Positions 1-7,718 of a stretch of DNA of 45,845 nucleotides are shown here, one piece after another. The notes below the pieces were generated by a model. That model made no database searches. It was given only the letters and a program-made list of their open reading frames with translations, and had not been told where the DNA came from. Source of the DNA: a virus (lineage: Duplodnaviria > Caudoviricetes); the IMG/VR virus record IMGVR_UViG_3300034088_000041, positions 1 through 45,845 of that record. One strand, 5' to 3'. The position numbers were made by a program, and so were the translations under genes. Position 1 is the first letter of the stretch; every line of letters begins with the position of its first letter.

Positions 1-127
1 CCACCCCGCGGCCGGGTTCGTCACGCCCGCCAACGCGAAGGCGCTCACCGTCGGGCACCTGGGCGAGGGCATCCGACGCGACGGCGACGTCGTCCGCGCC
101 ATGGCTCTCATCACCGACGGCGACGCC
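1..127. repeat. Terminal direct repeat, copy 1 (circular assembly overlap)
   Basis: Bases 1-127 are identical to 45719-45845; 127 is a common assembler k-mer length; the DUF2213 ORF reads in frame across the join. Confidence 0.95.
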
Positions 128-991
128 ATCGCGAAGGTGAGGGGCGGCCGCACCCAGCTGTCCCTCGGCTACGTCTGCGAGCTCGACCCCACGCCGGGAG
201 AGTGGAACGGGCAGCGCTACGATGCGATCCAGCGCGACATCGTGGTGAACCACTGCGCGCTCGTCGACCGCGCTCGGGCCGGCCCGGTGGCGAGCCTGAA
301 GCTCGACTCCGAGGACGCGATTTGCGTCGAGGCGGACCCGCCGATACGTGCGGATCGTCAGCAGGACCCGGGCCCGGACGATACCCGCGAGCCCTCCAAG
401 GAGACCCAGATGACGGTGAAGCTCAAGCTGGACGGGATCGAGATCGAGGTCGCCAACGACCAGGCCGCGCAGCTCGTCCAGCGCGCGCTCGAGGCGCGAG
501 ACCAGCGCGCGGACGCCGCGGACAAGGCCGCGAAGGAGTCGAGGACCACCGCCGAGAAGGCGACCGCCCGGGCCGACGAGGCCGAGGCGAAGGCCAAGAA
601 GCTCGAGGGCGAGCGCTCGGACGCGGCCGACCCGAAGAAGCTCACCTCCCTCGTGAACGCCCGCGTCGCGCTCATCACCCGCGCCCGCGAGGTCCTCGGC
701 GTCGAGCCGAAGCTCGACGAGATGGACGCGCCGGCCATCAAGGCCGCCGTCCTCGCGAAGCTCCACCCCGAGCTGAAGCTCGACGGGAAGAGCGCCGACT
801 ACATCGACGCCCGCTTCGACGCGGCGATCGAGTCCGCGGCGAGCTCCGCGGCGGGCAAGGCGCGCGCCGCGGCCGGCACGGGGACCGAGCGCAAGGACGG
901 CGATCCGCTCGACGCGGAGAGGGCCCGCGCCCAGGCGCGCAAGGACGCGCAGGACGCCTGGACGAAGCCCCTCACGGCCGTGAAGGCCTGA
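2..991 (+). CDS. DUF2213-family protein, 3' part with coiled-coil scaffold-like C-terminus
   Basis: QLSLGY and NHCALVDRARAG motifs; in frame with the ATG at 45510 across the circular junction. Confidence 0.88.
   Translation, partial: HPAAGFVTPANAKALTVGHLGEGIRRDGDVVRAMALITDGDAIAKVRGGRTQLSLGYVCELDPTPGEWNGQRYDAIQRDIVVNHCALVDRARAGPVASLKLDSEDAICVEADPPIRADRQQDPGPDDTREPSKETQMTVKLKLDGIEIEVANDQAAQLVQRALEARDQRADAADKAAKESRTTAEKATARADEAEAKAKKLEGERSDAADPKKLTSLVNARVALITRAREVLGVEPKLDEMDAPAIKAAVLAKLHPELKLDGKSADYIDARFDAAIESAASSAAGKARAAAGTGTERKDGDPLDAERARAQARKDAQDAWTKPLTAVKA
343..348 (+). promoter_or_regulatory. GATACG motif upstream of the nested scaffold start
   Basis: CCGATACGTG, about 60 nt before ATG 410. 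Confidence 0.5.
410..991 (+). CDS. Putative nested, in-frame scaffolding protein
   Basis: AAGGAG RBS at 398-403 before an in-frame ATG at 410; Ala/Lys/Glu-rich coiled coil; GATACG motif upstream at 343-348. Confidence 0.6.
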   Translation: MTVKLKLDGIEIEVANDQAAQLVQRALEARDQRADAADKAAKESRTTAEKATARADEAEAKAKKLEGERSDAADPKKLTSLVNARVALITRAREVLGVEPKLDEMDAPAIKAAVLAKLHPELKLDGKSADYIDARFDAAIESAASSAAGKARAAAGTGTERKDGDPLDAERARAQARKDAQDAWTKPLTAVKA

Positions 992-1020
992 CACTCTCGC
1001 CGCTCGAAAGGACCTGAACC

Positions 1021-1518
1021 ATGGCTCAGACCAGCTACCTCGACACCCTCGTCCCCGGCATCGCCGGCCAGCTCGCCGACCTCAGCTACAAGCGGGTCGT
1101 CACCGGCGTGAACGCCGAGGGCGCCGCGATCCCGTTCGGCGTCGCCCTGACCAAGGCCACGGGCGACGGCAAGTACGACCTCCCCGACGCGATCGGCGAC
1201 AAGGTCTACGGCATCGCGCTCCACAGCCACGACGTCGACATCACCGGGCTCACCGGCACGACCGGCATCCCGATCGACGGCGACTTCAGCCTGCTCGAGG
1301 AGGGCGTCGCCTACGTCCTGGTCGAGGAGGCCGTGGTCGACGGCGACCCCGTCTACGTCCGCTACGCGGCGGGCGCCGGCGGCACGCAGCTCGGCGCGTT
1401 CCGCAAGACGACCGTCCTCAACGAGGCGGGCCTCGTGAAGGGCGCGATCTTCCGGTCGAGCGCTGGCATCGGCGGGATCGCCGCGGTCGAGTTCTCGAAG
1501 CTGGTGAACCTGTCGTAA
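1021..1518 (+). CDS. Head decoration/cement protein
   Basis: 165-aa beta-rich protein with IPFGVAL and GDPVYVR motifs, directly upstream of the major capsid gene. Confidence 0.75.
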   Translation: MAQTSYLDTLVPGIAGQLADLSYKRVVTGVNAEGAAIPFGVALTKATGDGKYDLPDAIGDKVYGIALHSHDVDITGLTGTTGIPIDGDFSLLEEGVAYVLVEEAVVDGDPVYVRYAAGAGGTQLGAFRKTTVLNEAGLVKGAIFRSSAGIGGIAAVEFSKLVNLS

Positions 1519-1547
1519 GCGGCGTCGCCGCCACAAGGAGACCGCAC

Positions 1548-2480
1548 ATGAAGTTCCAGCATCCGCACCTCGACGCCGCCGAGAACATGACCTTCGAGCG
1601 CAAGCTCGAGTTCGTGAAGGCGCGCATCTACGAGGCGAAGTACGCGCAGTTCAAGGCGCGCACGCTCATCCCGGTCTCCTTCGAGGCCGACCCCGCGACG
1701 GAGACGATCGTCTACCAGGAGTACGACGGCGTCGGCGTCGCGAAGCTGCTCGCGTCCTACTCGGACGACCTGCCGCGCGCGGACGTGAAGGCGAAGGAGG
1801 TCCGCTCGCCTGTGAAGGGGATCGGCTCCTCGTACGGCTACGGGCTACAGGAGATCCGGGCCTCCGCGAAGTCGGGCGCCAACCTCGACCAACGCAAGGC
1901 CGCGATGGCCCGGCGAGCGATCGAGCAGACGATCAACCGGATCGGCCTGAAGGGCGACGCCGTCTTCGGCCTCACCGGGCTGCTCAACATCCCGAACGCG
2001 CTCAGCTACACCGTGCCGAACGGCGCGGGTGGCGTGGCCACCTGGGTGGCGGGCGCGGGCAAGACTCCGACGGAGATCCTGAAGGACATGCACGGGATCG
2101 CGAAGTACGTCTTCGAGCAGACCAAGGGCGTCGAGTCCCCGGACACGATGCTTCTGCCGGCCGCCCAGTTCGGTCACATCTCGACGACCCGCATCGACGC
2201 GACGTCCGAGGTGACGATCCTGAAGTACTTCCTCGCGAACGACCCCTACATCCGGGCGGTCGACCCGCTCTTCGAGGCGGCGGCCGCGGGCGCGGCGGGC
2301 AAGGACCGCATGGTCGTCTACCGCCGGGACCCCGAGCACCTCACGCTCGAGATCCCCCAGGACTTCGAGCAGCTCGCCCCGGAGCAGGAGGGCCTCGAGA
2401 CGGTCGTCGCCTGCCACGCGCGCTGCGGCGGCGTCATCTGCCCGCTGCCGCTCTCCGTGGCCTACGGCGACGGGATCTGA
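1548..2480 (+). CDS. Major capsid protein (DUF2184/encapsulin-like HK97 fold)
   Basis: 310 aa; ARTLIPV, DDLPRADV, GLTGLLN, PDTMLLP and KDRMVVY motifs; strong AAGGAG RBS. Confidence 0.9.
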   Translation: MKFQHPHLDAAENMTFERKLEFVKARIYEAKYAQFKARTLIPVSFEADPATETIVYQEYDGVGVAKLLASYSDDLPRADVKAKEVRSPVKGIGSSYGYGLQEIRASAKSGANLDQRKAAMARRAIEQTINRIGLKGDAVFGLTGLLNIPNALSYTVPNGAGGVATWVAGAGKTPTEILKDMHGIAKYVFEQTKGVESPDTMLLPAAQFGHISTTRIDATSEVTILKYFLANDPYIRAVDPLFEAAAAGAAGKDRMVVYRRDPEHLTLEIPQDFEQLAPEQEGLETVVACHARCGGVICPLPLSVAYGDGI

Positions 2481-2503
2481 TCCTAACCCCAGCGCACCGA
2501 CCC

Positions 2504-2538
2504 GGCCCGGCCGTCCACGTCGGGCGGCCGGGCCTTCT
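2504..2538 (+). terminator. Intrinsic terminator-like hairpin after the capsid gene
   Basis: GGCCCGGCCGTCC-acgtc-GGGCGGCCGGGCC followed by TTCT (short U-tract). Confidence 0.6.
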
Positions 2539-2568
2539 CACAGCAGCGCCGCACCCCAGGAGCCCCCC

Positions 2569-2946
2569 ATGTCCAAGCTGCTCGTCGACAACACCGAGGC
2601 CCGGATCCACAACCTCGGCGGCCACTGCATCCTGCTGCCCGGCATCAACGAGGTGGACGAGGCCGCGTGGAAGGAGGCCCTGAAGATCGAGCTCGTGCGC
2701 GACTTCGTCCGCCTCGGCCTGCTCAAGCCCCAGGCCCCCGCGGCCGGCACGCAGGATGCCGCGGGGCTCGCGGCGATGAAGGCCCCGGAGGCCATCGCGA
2801 CCGTGAAGAAGACGGTCGACAAGGACCTGCTCGAGAAGTGGTACGCCGACGAGCAGCGGAAGGGCGTTCTCGAGGTGATCGAGGCGCAGCTCGAGGAGAT
2901 CGCCCCCGCGAAGCCCCAGGCCCCCGCGGCCGGCACGCAGGAATAA
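2569..2946 (+). CDS. Hypothetical head-associated protein
   Basis: AGGAG RBS; position after the capsid gene; internal KPQAPAAGTQ duplication. Confidence 0.7.
   Translation: MSKLLVDNTEARIHNLGGHCILLPGINEVDEAAWKEALKIELVRDFVRLGLLKPQAPAAGTQDAAGLAAMKAPEAIATVKKTVDKDLLEKWYADEQRKGVLEVIEAQLEEIAPAKPQAPAAGTQE
2725..2942 (+). repeat. 32-bp direct repeat (2725-2756 and 2911-2942)
   Basis: AAGCCCCAGGCCCCCGCGGCCGGCACGCAGGA occurs twice, in frame. Confidence 0.9.
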
Positions 2947-2949
2947 CCG

Positions 2950-3297
2950 GTGGCCATTACCCGCGCCGCGATCGTGGCTCGCGTCCCGGCCCTCAACGCC
3001 GTGACGGACCCCGCGGCGTGGGAGGCGGCCATCGCAGACGCCCAGCTCCAGGTCTCCTCCAGCGCCTGGGGTGACTTGTACGAGTTGGGCGTCGTCTACC
3101 TCGCGGCGCACCTGCTCCTCGCCGGGAACCCTGAGGCGGCGGCGCCCGGCCCGGTGCAGAGCGAGACCGTGGGCGGCGTCTCGGTCTCGTACGCGGTGTC
3201 GGCGGCGCCGTTCCGCGAGCAGCTCGCCTCCACGACAGCCGGCCGAGAGCACATCCGGCTACGCCGGATGCTGGGGCTCGGCGCGGCCCTGGTGTAG
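2950..3297 (+). CDS. Head-tail adaptor (DUF4054-like)
   Basis: YLAAHLL, SETVGGVSVSY and STTAG motifs; gene order. Confidence 0.8.
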   Translation: MAITRAAIVARVPALNAVTDPAAWEAAIADAQLQVSSSAWGDLYELGVVYLAAHLLLAGNPEAAAPGPVQSETVGGVSVSYAVSAAPFREQLASTTAGREHIRLRRMLGLGAALV

Positions 3298-3299
3298 CC

Positions 3300-3875
3300 G
3301 TGGCGAAGAGCGCCTTCTCCTTCCGTCGGGTCGACAAGGGCTGGCAGAAGCTGCTCGCAGCGGCGAAGCGCCTCGAGGCCGACCGGGGCGTGCGCGCGAA
3401 GGCCGGCATCATCGGGGCGAAGGCCACGGAAGAGCACGAGGATGAGGACGGAAGACCGATGACAAACCTGCGGCTCGCCGCGATCCATGAGTTCGGGGTG
3501 CCGGGGCGCATCCCCGCGCGCCCGTTCATCCTCGGTACCTTCGCGTTGCACCGCGCCGAGTACCGGGCGCGGCTGCGGGCGCTCGTCGGGACCTGGTTCC
3601 ATCGCGCCACCACAAGCGGGCAGATGCCGCTCCGCCAAGCGCTGGGCCTCCTCGGGCTGAAGATGGCGGCCGACATGAAAAACCGGGTCGTCACCGGCGC
3701 CGGCATCCCGCCTCCGAACGCTCCCAGCACCATCCGCAAGAAGCTGGCGAAGGGTAAGTGGAACAAGGGCGGGGCCTCCTCCGGCACCTCGCCGCGCCCA
3801 CTCGTCGACACCGGCCGCCTGGTCGGCTCCATCACCCACGCCGTAGAGACGGGGAAGGAGAGCTCCTCGCGATGA
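3300..3875 (+). CDS. Neck/tail completion protein
   Basis: AAIHEFG, IPARPF, PPNAPSTI and PLVDTGRL motifs. Confidence 0.8.
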   Translation: MAKSAFSFRRVDKGWQKLLAAAKRLEADRGVRAKAGIIGAKATEEHEDEDGRPMTNLRLAAIHEFGVPGRIPARPFILGTFALHRAEYRARLRALVGTWFHRATTSGQMPLRQALGLLGLKMAADMKNRVVTGAGIPPPNAPSTIRKKLAKGKWNKGGASSGTSPRPLVDTGRLVGSITHAVETGKESSSR

Positions 3876-4216
3876 CCATGAGCGCCACGATCGCGCGGCT
3901 CGCGCAGGGGCGGTTCACCGTCATGAGGCCCAGCGGCAGCTACGTCGCGGGGCGCTGGGTCGAGGGGGCAGGCAGCGCCTTCGAGATCGTAGCCTCCATC
4001 CAACCCGCTACGCCGAAGGAGCTGCAGCGGCTGCCCGAGGGCGACCGCGTGCGCGACGTCATCGCGATCTGGACGACGACGGAGCTCCAGGTGGCCGCGT
4101 CGCCGGCGGCGCAGGCCGATCGCGTGACCTACGCGGGCGCGTCCTACGAGGTCCAGGCGGTCGAGCGCTGGGACCTCGGCGAGTACTTCAAGGCGCTCGC
4201 CTCGCGGGTCGCCTGA
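3872..4216 (+). CDS. Head closure/neck protein
   Basis: ATGA overlap with the previous gene; ASIQP, LQRLPEG and YEV motifs. Confidence 0.72.
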   Translation: MTMSATIARLAQGRFTVMRPSGSYVAGRWVEGAGSAFEIVASIQPATPKELQRLPEGDRVRDVIAIWTTTELQVAASPAAQADRVTYAGASYEVQAVERWDLGEYFKALASRVA

Positions 4217-4220
4217 TACG
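4215..4220 (+). promoter_or_regulatory. GATACG motif (leadered variant)
   Basis: TGATACGTCGGGAG is identical to the 14 bp before the portal gene. Confidence 0.65.
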
Positions 4221-4240
4221 TCGGGAGGAAGGAGACCCAC

Positions 4241-4765
4241 ATGCGCTCGATCGCTGCCCTCGCTGCCCTGCTGCTCGCCTCCGTCGCCCTCGCCGACCTG
4301 CCCAGCCCGCCCCACACCGCCGCCGGCGTCCAGGGCGCGGAGGCGAATGGAGCTGCTGCGGCGTCGTCGCCCGCAACGGGTCCCGTCCAGATGGGAGGCG
4401 TCGACGACGCCGGAGTCATTCGGAAGGCTCGGCTCTCGGCAGCCGGGGCAACGGACACCACCGCCGGCGCCTACACGAACTGCACGCTGACGGAGGTCCT
4501 CGTCCTGACCTCGGCTACGAACACCCCGGCGTCGCCGCTCGCGGGACGACGCCGCGTGATGGTCCAGAACCTCGGGCCCAACGCGATCTTCTGCAATCCG
4601 GGCGGCACAGCGACCCTGAACAAGGCGTGGCGCCTGGATGTCGAGGCCGCGACCGTGGACGCGAAGATCGAGTTTTTCATCCCGTCCAGCGTGAACCTGA
4701 GCTGCATCGCGGCCACCGCCAACCAGGTGACGGGCGCCGCGACCATCGTCGTCGAGTGCAAGTGA
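4241..4765 (+). CDS. Hypothetical protein with N-terminal signal peptide and beta-sandwich C-terminus
   Basis: MRSIAALAALLLASVALA signal-like N-terminus; AAGGAG RBS; upstream GATACG motif. Confidence 0.75.
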   Translation: MRSIAALAALLLASVALADLPSPPHTAAGVQGAEANGAAAASSPATGPVQMGGVDDAGVIRKARLSAAGATDTTAGAYTNCTLTEVLVLTSATNTPASPLAGRRRVMVQNLGPNAIFCNPGGTATLNKAWRLDVEAATVDAKIEFFIPSSVNLSCIAATANQVTGAATIVVECK

Positions 4766-4766
4766 C

Positions 4767-5312
4767 GTGGATCTCCTGGCCGTCGAGAACGCGCTGCACG
4801 CCTGGGCCGTCGCAGGCCTCGGCCTCGCCGTCGGGCAGGTCATCTGGGACGGTCCGAACGCTCCGGCACCCGCCAAGCCCTTCGCCACCCTGAAGCTCGT
4901 CGGCCCGTCCCGCCTCGGGCTGGGCGGCGAGTTGACCGACGAGACGGTCCTGACGAACCCGCCCGGCGAGGAAGTCGTGCTCACCCTCGCCGAGCACCAC
5001 GAGTGGGTGCTCTCGCTCCAGGTCCTCGCCGCGCCGACGTCCGCCGCGAGCTCGGCGCGGGCGCTCCTCGAGGCCGCGACCATGAAGCTCCGCCTCCCGT
5101 CGGCGCTCGCGCAGCTGCGCGCCGCCGGCGTTGCCGTGATCGAGGTGGGTGATACGCAGGACCTGTCAGCGCTCTTCGCCGCCGACATCGAGTCGAGGGC
5201 GAAGGTCGACGTGAGGCTCCGCACCGTGGACACCGCCACCGAGAAGACCGGCTACATCGACAGCGTCGGCCTCACCTCGCCGTGGGGTTCATTCGACGCG
5301 CCCAAGCCGTAG
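4767..5312 (+). CDS. Tail terminator/neck protein
   Basis: 181 aa immediately before the sheath gene; gene order of DUF3383-type myoviruses. Confidence 0.7.
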   Translation: MDLLAVENALHAWAVAGLGLAVGQVIWDGPNAPAPAKPFATLKLVGPSRLGLGGELTDETVLTNPPGEEVVLTLAEHHEWVLSLQVLAAPTSAASSARALLEAATMKLRLPSALAQLRAAGVAVIEVGDTQDLSALFAADIESRAKVDVRLRTVDTATEKTGYIDSVGLTSPWGSFDAPKP

Positions 5313-5321
5313 GAGGAAACC

Positions 5322-6638
5322 GTGCCCCTGTCGGACATCGCCAACATCTCCATCTCGACGAGTGGCGGCGGCCTGAGCCTCCCCGGCTTCGGGACCGCGC
5401 TCATCCTCGGCGGCTACTCGAAGACCTGGCCGGAGCGGGTGCGCACCTACGGCGGCCTCGCCGACCTCACGGTCGACTTCGCCGTCGGAACGCCGGAGTA
5501 CATCGCGGGCGCCGCGATCTTCGGGCAGAACCCGCGGCCCACGACCGTGAAGGTCGGGCGCGGCACGCTCAAGCCCACGCAGAAGTGGACCCTCACGCCG
5601 GACGTCTCGACCCAGGCGGTCCAGACCTACCGGGTGAAGATCGCGGGCGTGGCCTACGACTTCGTCTCCGACGCGACGCCTTCGGCCGCCGAGGTCGTGA
5701 CCGGGCTCATTGCCGTGATCAACGCGGCCACGGGCGTCCACGGGCTCACCGCCTCGGGCGCGACCACCCTCGTCCTCACCGCGGCCCAGGGCGCGTGGCA
5801 GGAGGTCGAGGTCGGGGATGTCAACCTGCTCTCCCTCGAGCAGGACCATGCCGACCCGGGCGTCGCGACCGACCTCGCCGCCATCCAGCTCGAGACCGCG
5901 GACTGGTACGGCCTCATCACGCTCTGGAACTCGAAGGCGTGCGTCCTCGCGGCCGCCGCGTGGGCCGAGGCGAACGAGAAGCTCTACGTCGCCCAGACGC
6001 AGGACACCCCCTGCATCGCGGTCGCCGAGGGCGGCGCTACCGACGTGATGAAGAGCGCGAAGACGGCCGCCTACGCGCGGACGTCGCTCTGGTACGACCC
6101 CTCGAACAAGCCGGTGCTCGACGCCGGGCTCGTCGGGCGGATGTTCCCCGAGGACGCGGGCTCGGAGACCTGGGCGCTCAAGACGATCGCGGGTGCGCTC
6201 GCGCGCACCTTCACCGGCACGCACCTGGCGAACCTCAAGGCGAAGTACGGCAACTGGTACTACTCGATCGCCGGCGCGAACGTGACCTCGCCCGACTCGG
6301 GCCGCGTGTCGGCCAATGAGTGGATCGACGTCATCCGCGGGCGCGACGCGCTCAAGGTCGACATGCAGGGTCGGATCTTCGACCGGCTCCGCAGCGCGAA
6401 GAAGATCGCCTACACGGACGCCGGCGCGACCATCGTCGAGGGCGAGATCAAGGCCAGCCTGACGGCCTTCACGGGGCGCGGCTTCATCGCCGAGGGCTCC
6501 TGGGCGGTCACCACGCCGAAGGTCGCCACGCAGAGCTCGACGGACCGCGGGAACCGCTACTTCCCCGGCATCGCCTTCACCGGCAACCTCGCCGGCGCCA
6601 TCCACAAACTGGCGATCACCGGCGCCCTCGCCGCGTAA
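5322..6638 (+). CDS. Tail sheath protein (DUF3383-like)
   Basis: PEY..A..IFGQNPRP, GSETWALKT, EWIDVIRG, KIAYTDAG and LAGAIH motifs. Confidence 0.9.
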   Translation: MPLSDIANISISTSGGGLSLPGFGTALILGGYSKTWPERVRTYGGLADLTVDFAVGTPEYIAGAAIFGQNPRPTTVKVGRGTLKPTQKWTLTPDVSTQAVQTYRVKIAGVAYDFVSDATPSAAEVVTGLIAVINAATGVHGLTASGATTLVLTAAQGAWQEVEVGDVNLLSLEQDHADPGVATDLAAIQLETADWYGLITLWNSKACVLAAAAWAEANEKLYVAQTQDTPCIAVAEGGATDVMKSAKTAAYARTSLWYDPSNKPVLDAGLVGRMFPEDAGSETWALKTIAGALARTFTGTHLANLKAKYGNWYYSIAGANVTSPDSGRVSANEWIDVIRGRDALKVDMQGRIFDRLRSAKKIAYTDAGATIVEGEIKASLTAFTGRGFIAEGSWAVTTPKVATQSSTDRGNRYFPGIAFTGNLAGAIHKLAITGALAA

Positions 6639-6652
6639 GGAGCTGAGCCACC

Positions 6653-7087
6653 ATGGCCACCCGCACCGCCACCTACGACGCCGGCCGCGTCGTCATCACC
6701 TTCGGCCCCCACGTCCTCACCGGCTACGCCGACGGCACGTTCGTGAAGGCCTCGCGCGACGAGGACACCTTCAAGAAGCGCGTCGGCGCCGACGGCTTCG
6801 GCACCCGGATCCGGATGCGCAACAAGGGTGGCTCCGTCGAGCTCACGCTCGAGCAGACCTCTCCCTCCAACGACTTCCTCGCCGCGACGCTGCTCTCCGA
6901 CGAGCTGCTCGGCACCGGCGTCATGCCGCTCGTCGTGAAGGACCTCGGCGGCACGACGGTCGCCGCCGCTGGCGAGGCGTGGATCCGCAAGCCGGCCGAC
7001 GTCGAGGGAGCGAAGGAGGCCGGGACGCGCTCCTGGACGCTCGACACCTGCGACCTCGCGATCTTCCCGGGCGGCAACGCCCTCTGA
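6653..7087 (+). CDS. Tail tube protein (DUF3277-like)
   Basis: TYD, GYADGTFV, VGADG and LEQTSPSN motifs; follows the sheath gene. Confidence 0.88.
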   Translation: MATRTATYDAGRVVITFGPHVLTGYADGTFVKASRDEDTFKKRVGADGFGTRIRMRNKGGSVELTLEQTSPSNDFLAATLLSDELLGTGVMPLVVKDLGGTTVAAAGEAWIRKPADVEGAKEAGTRSWTLDTCDLAIFPGGNAL

Positions 7088-7101
7088 CCTGGAGCCTCTG
7101 A

Positions 7102-7593
7102 GTGAGCGAGCCTCGCACCATCGAGATCGACGGCTTCACCTACACGATCGGCCGGCTGCCCCCCCGCCGCGCGCTGAAGCTGGAGAACCGGCTCCTGCGC
7201 GCGCTCGGCCCGGCGGTCGCGCACCTCGTCACGGCCATCCCGCTCAAGGATGGCAAGGCCGACCTGGCGAAGCTCGACCTCGCGGCGCTGGGTGGAGCGC
7301 TGCAGGGCCTCATGGCCCAACTCACCCCGGAGGAGCAGGACGTCATCATGGCCGAGCTGCTCTCGACCGTGATCGTCTCGACGCCGGAGGGGAAGGGCGG
7401 GGCGGTCATGCCGCTCTTCGACGCCCACTTCGACGGACGGCTGCCGGCGGTCTTCAAGCTCTGCTGGGCCGCGCTCGAGGAGAACTTCGGGGGTTTCATC
7501 GCGCCCCTCGTCGCCGCCGCCCGGACGGCGGGGGCGGCGATCCTCTCCAGGGCATCGACCACCTCGCCGGCGAGTGGCCCGTCTGGCGGGTAG
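7102..7593 (+). CDS. Tail assembly chaperone (gpG-like)
   Basis: Lies between tube and tape measure genes; contains ENFGGF at a slippery site. Confidence 0.8.
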   Translation: MSEPRTIEIDGFTYTIGRLPPRRALKLENRLLRALGPAVAHLVTAIPLKDGKADLAKLDLAALGGALQGLMAQLTPEEQDVIMAELLSTVIVSTPEGKGGAVMPLFDAHFDGRLPAVFKLCWAALEENFGGFIAPLVAAARTAGAAILSRASTTSPASGPSGG

Positions 7594-7718
7594 TCGTCGA
7601 CGAGCGCGTCACGGCGACGCTCGAGGAGATCGACCGCCACTGGACGTTGGAGGACGTGATGTCGGCGAACCAGATCCTCGACGCGCTGGATGAGGTCGTC
7701 GCCCGGAGGCGAGCATGA
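7491..7718 (+). CDS. -1 frameshift extension of the tail assembly chaperone (gpGT-like)
   Basis: Slippery G GGT TTC at 7491-7497; the -1 frame is open (...EWPVWRVVV...ATLEEIDRHWTLEDVMSANQILD...) to TGA 7716-7718, overlapping the tape measure ATG. Confidence 0.75.
   Translation, partial: GFHRAPRRRRPDGGGGDPLQGIDHLAGEWPVWRVVVDERVTATLEEIDRHWTLEDVMSANQILDALDEVVARRRA

Noticed and set aside
1-127. 127-bp terminal repeat as a biological phage DTR or att core
   Set aside because: It falls in the middle of the DUF2213 gene and matches a common assembler k-mer length, so it is best read as a circularisation overlap.
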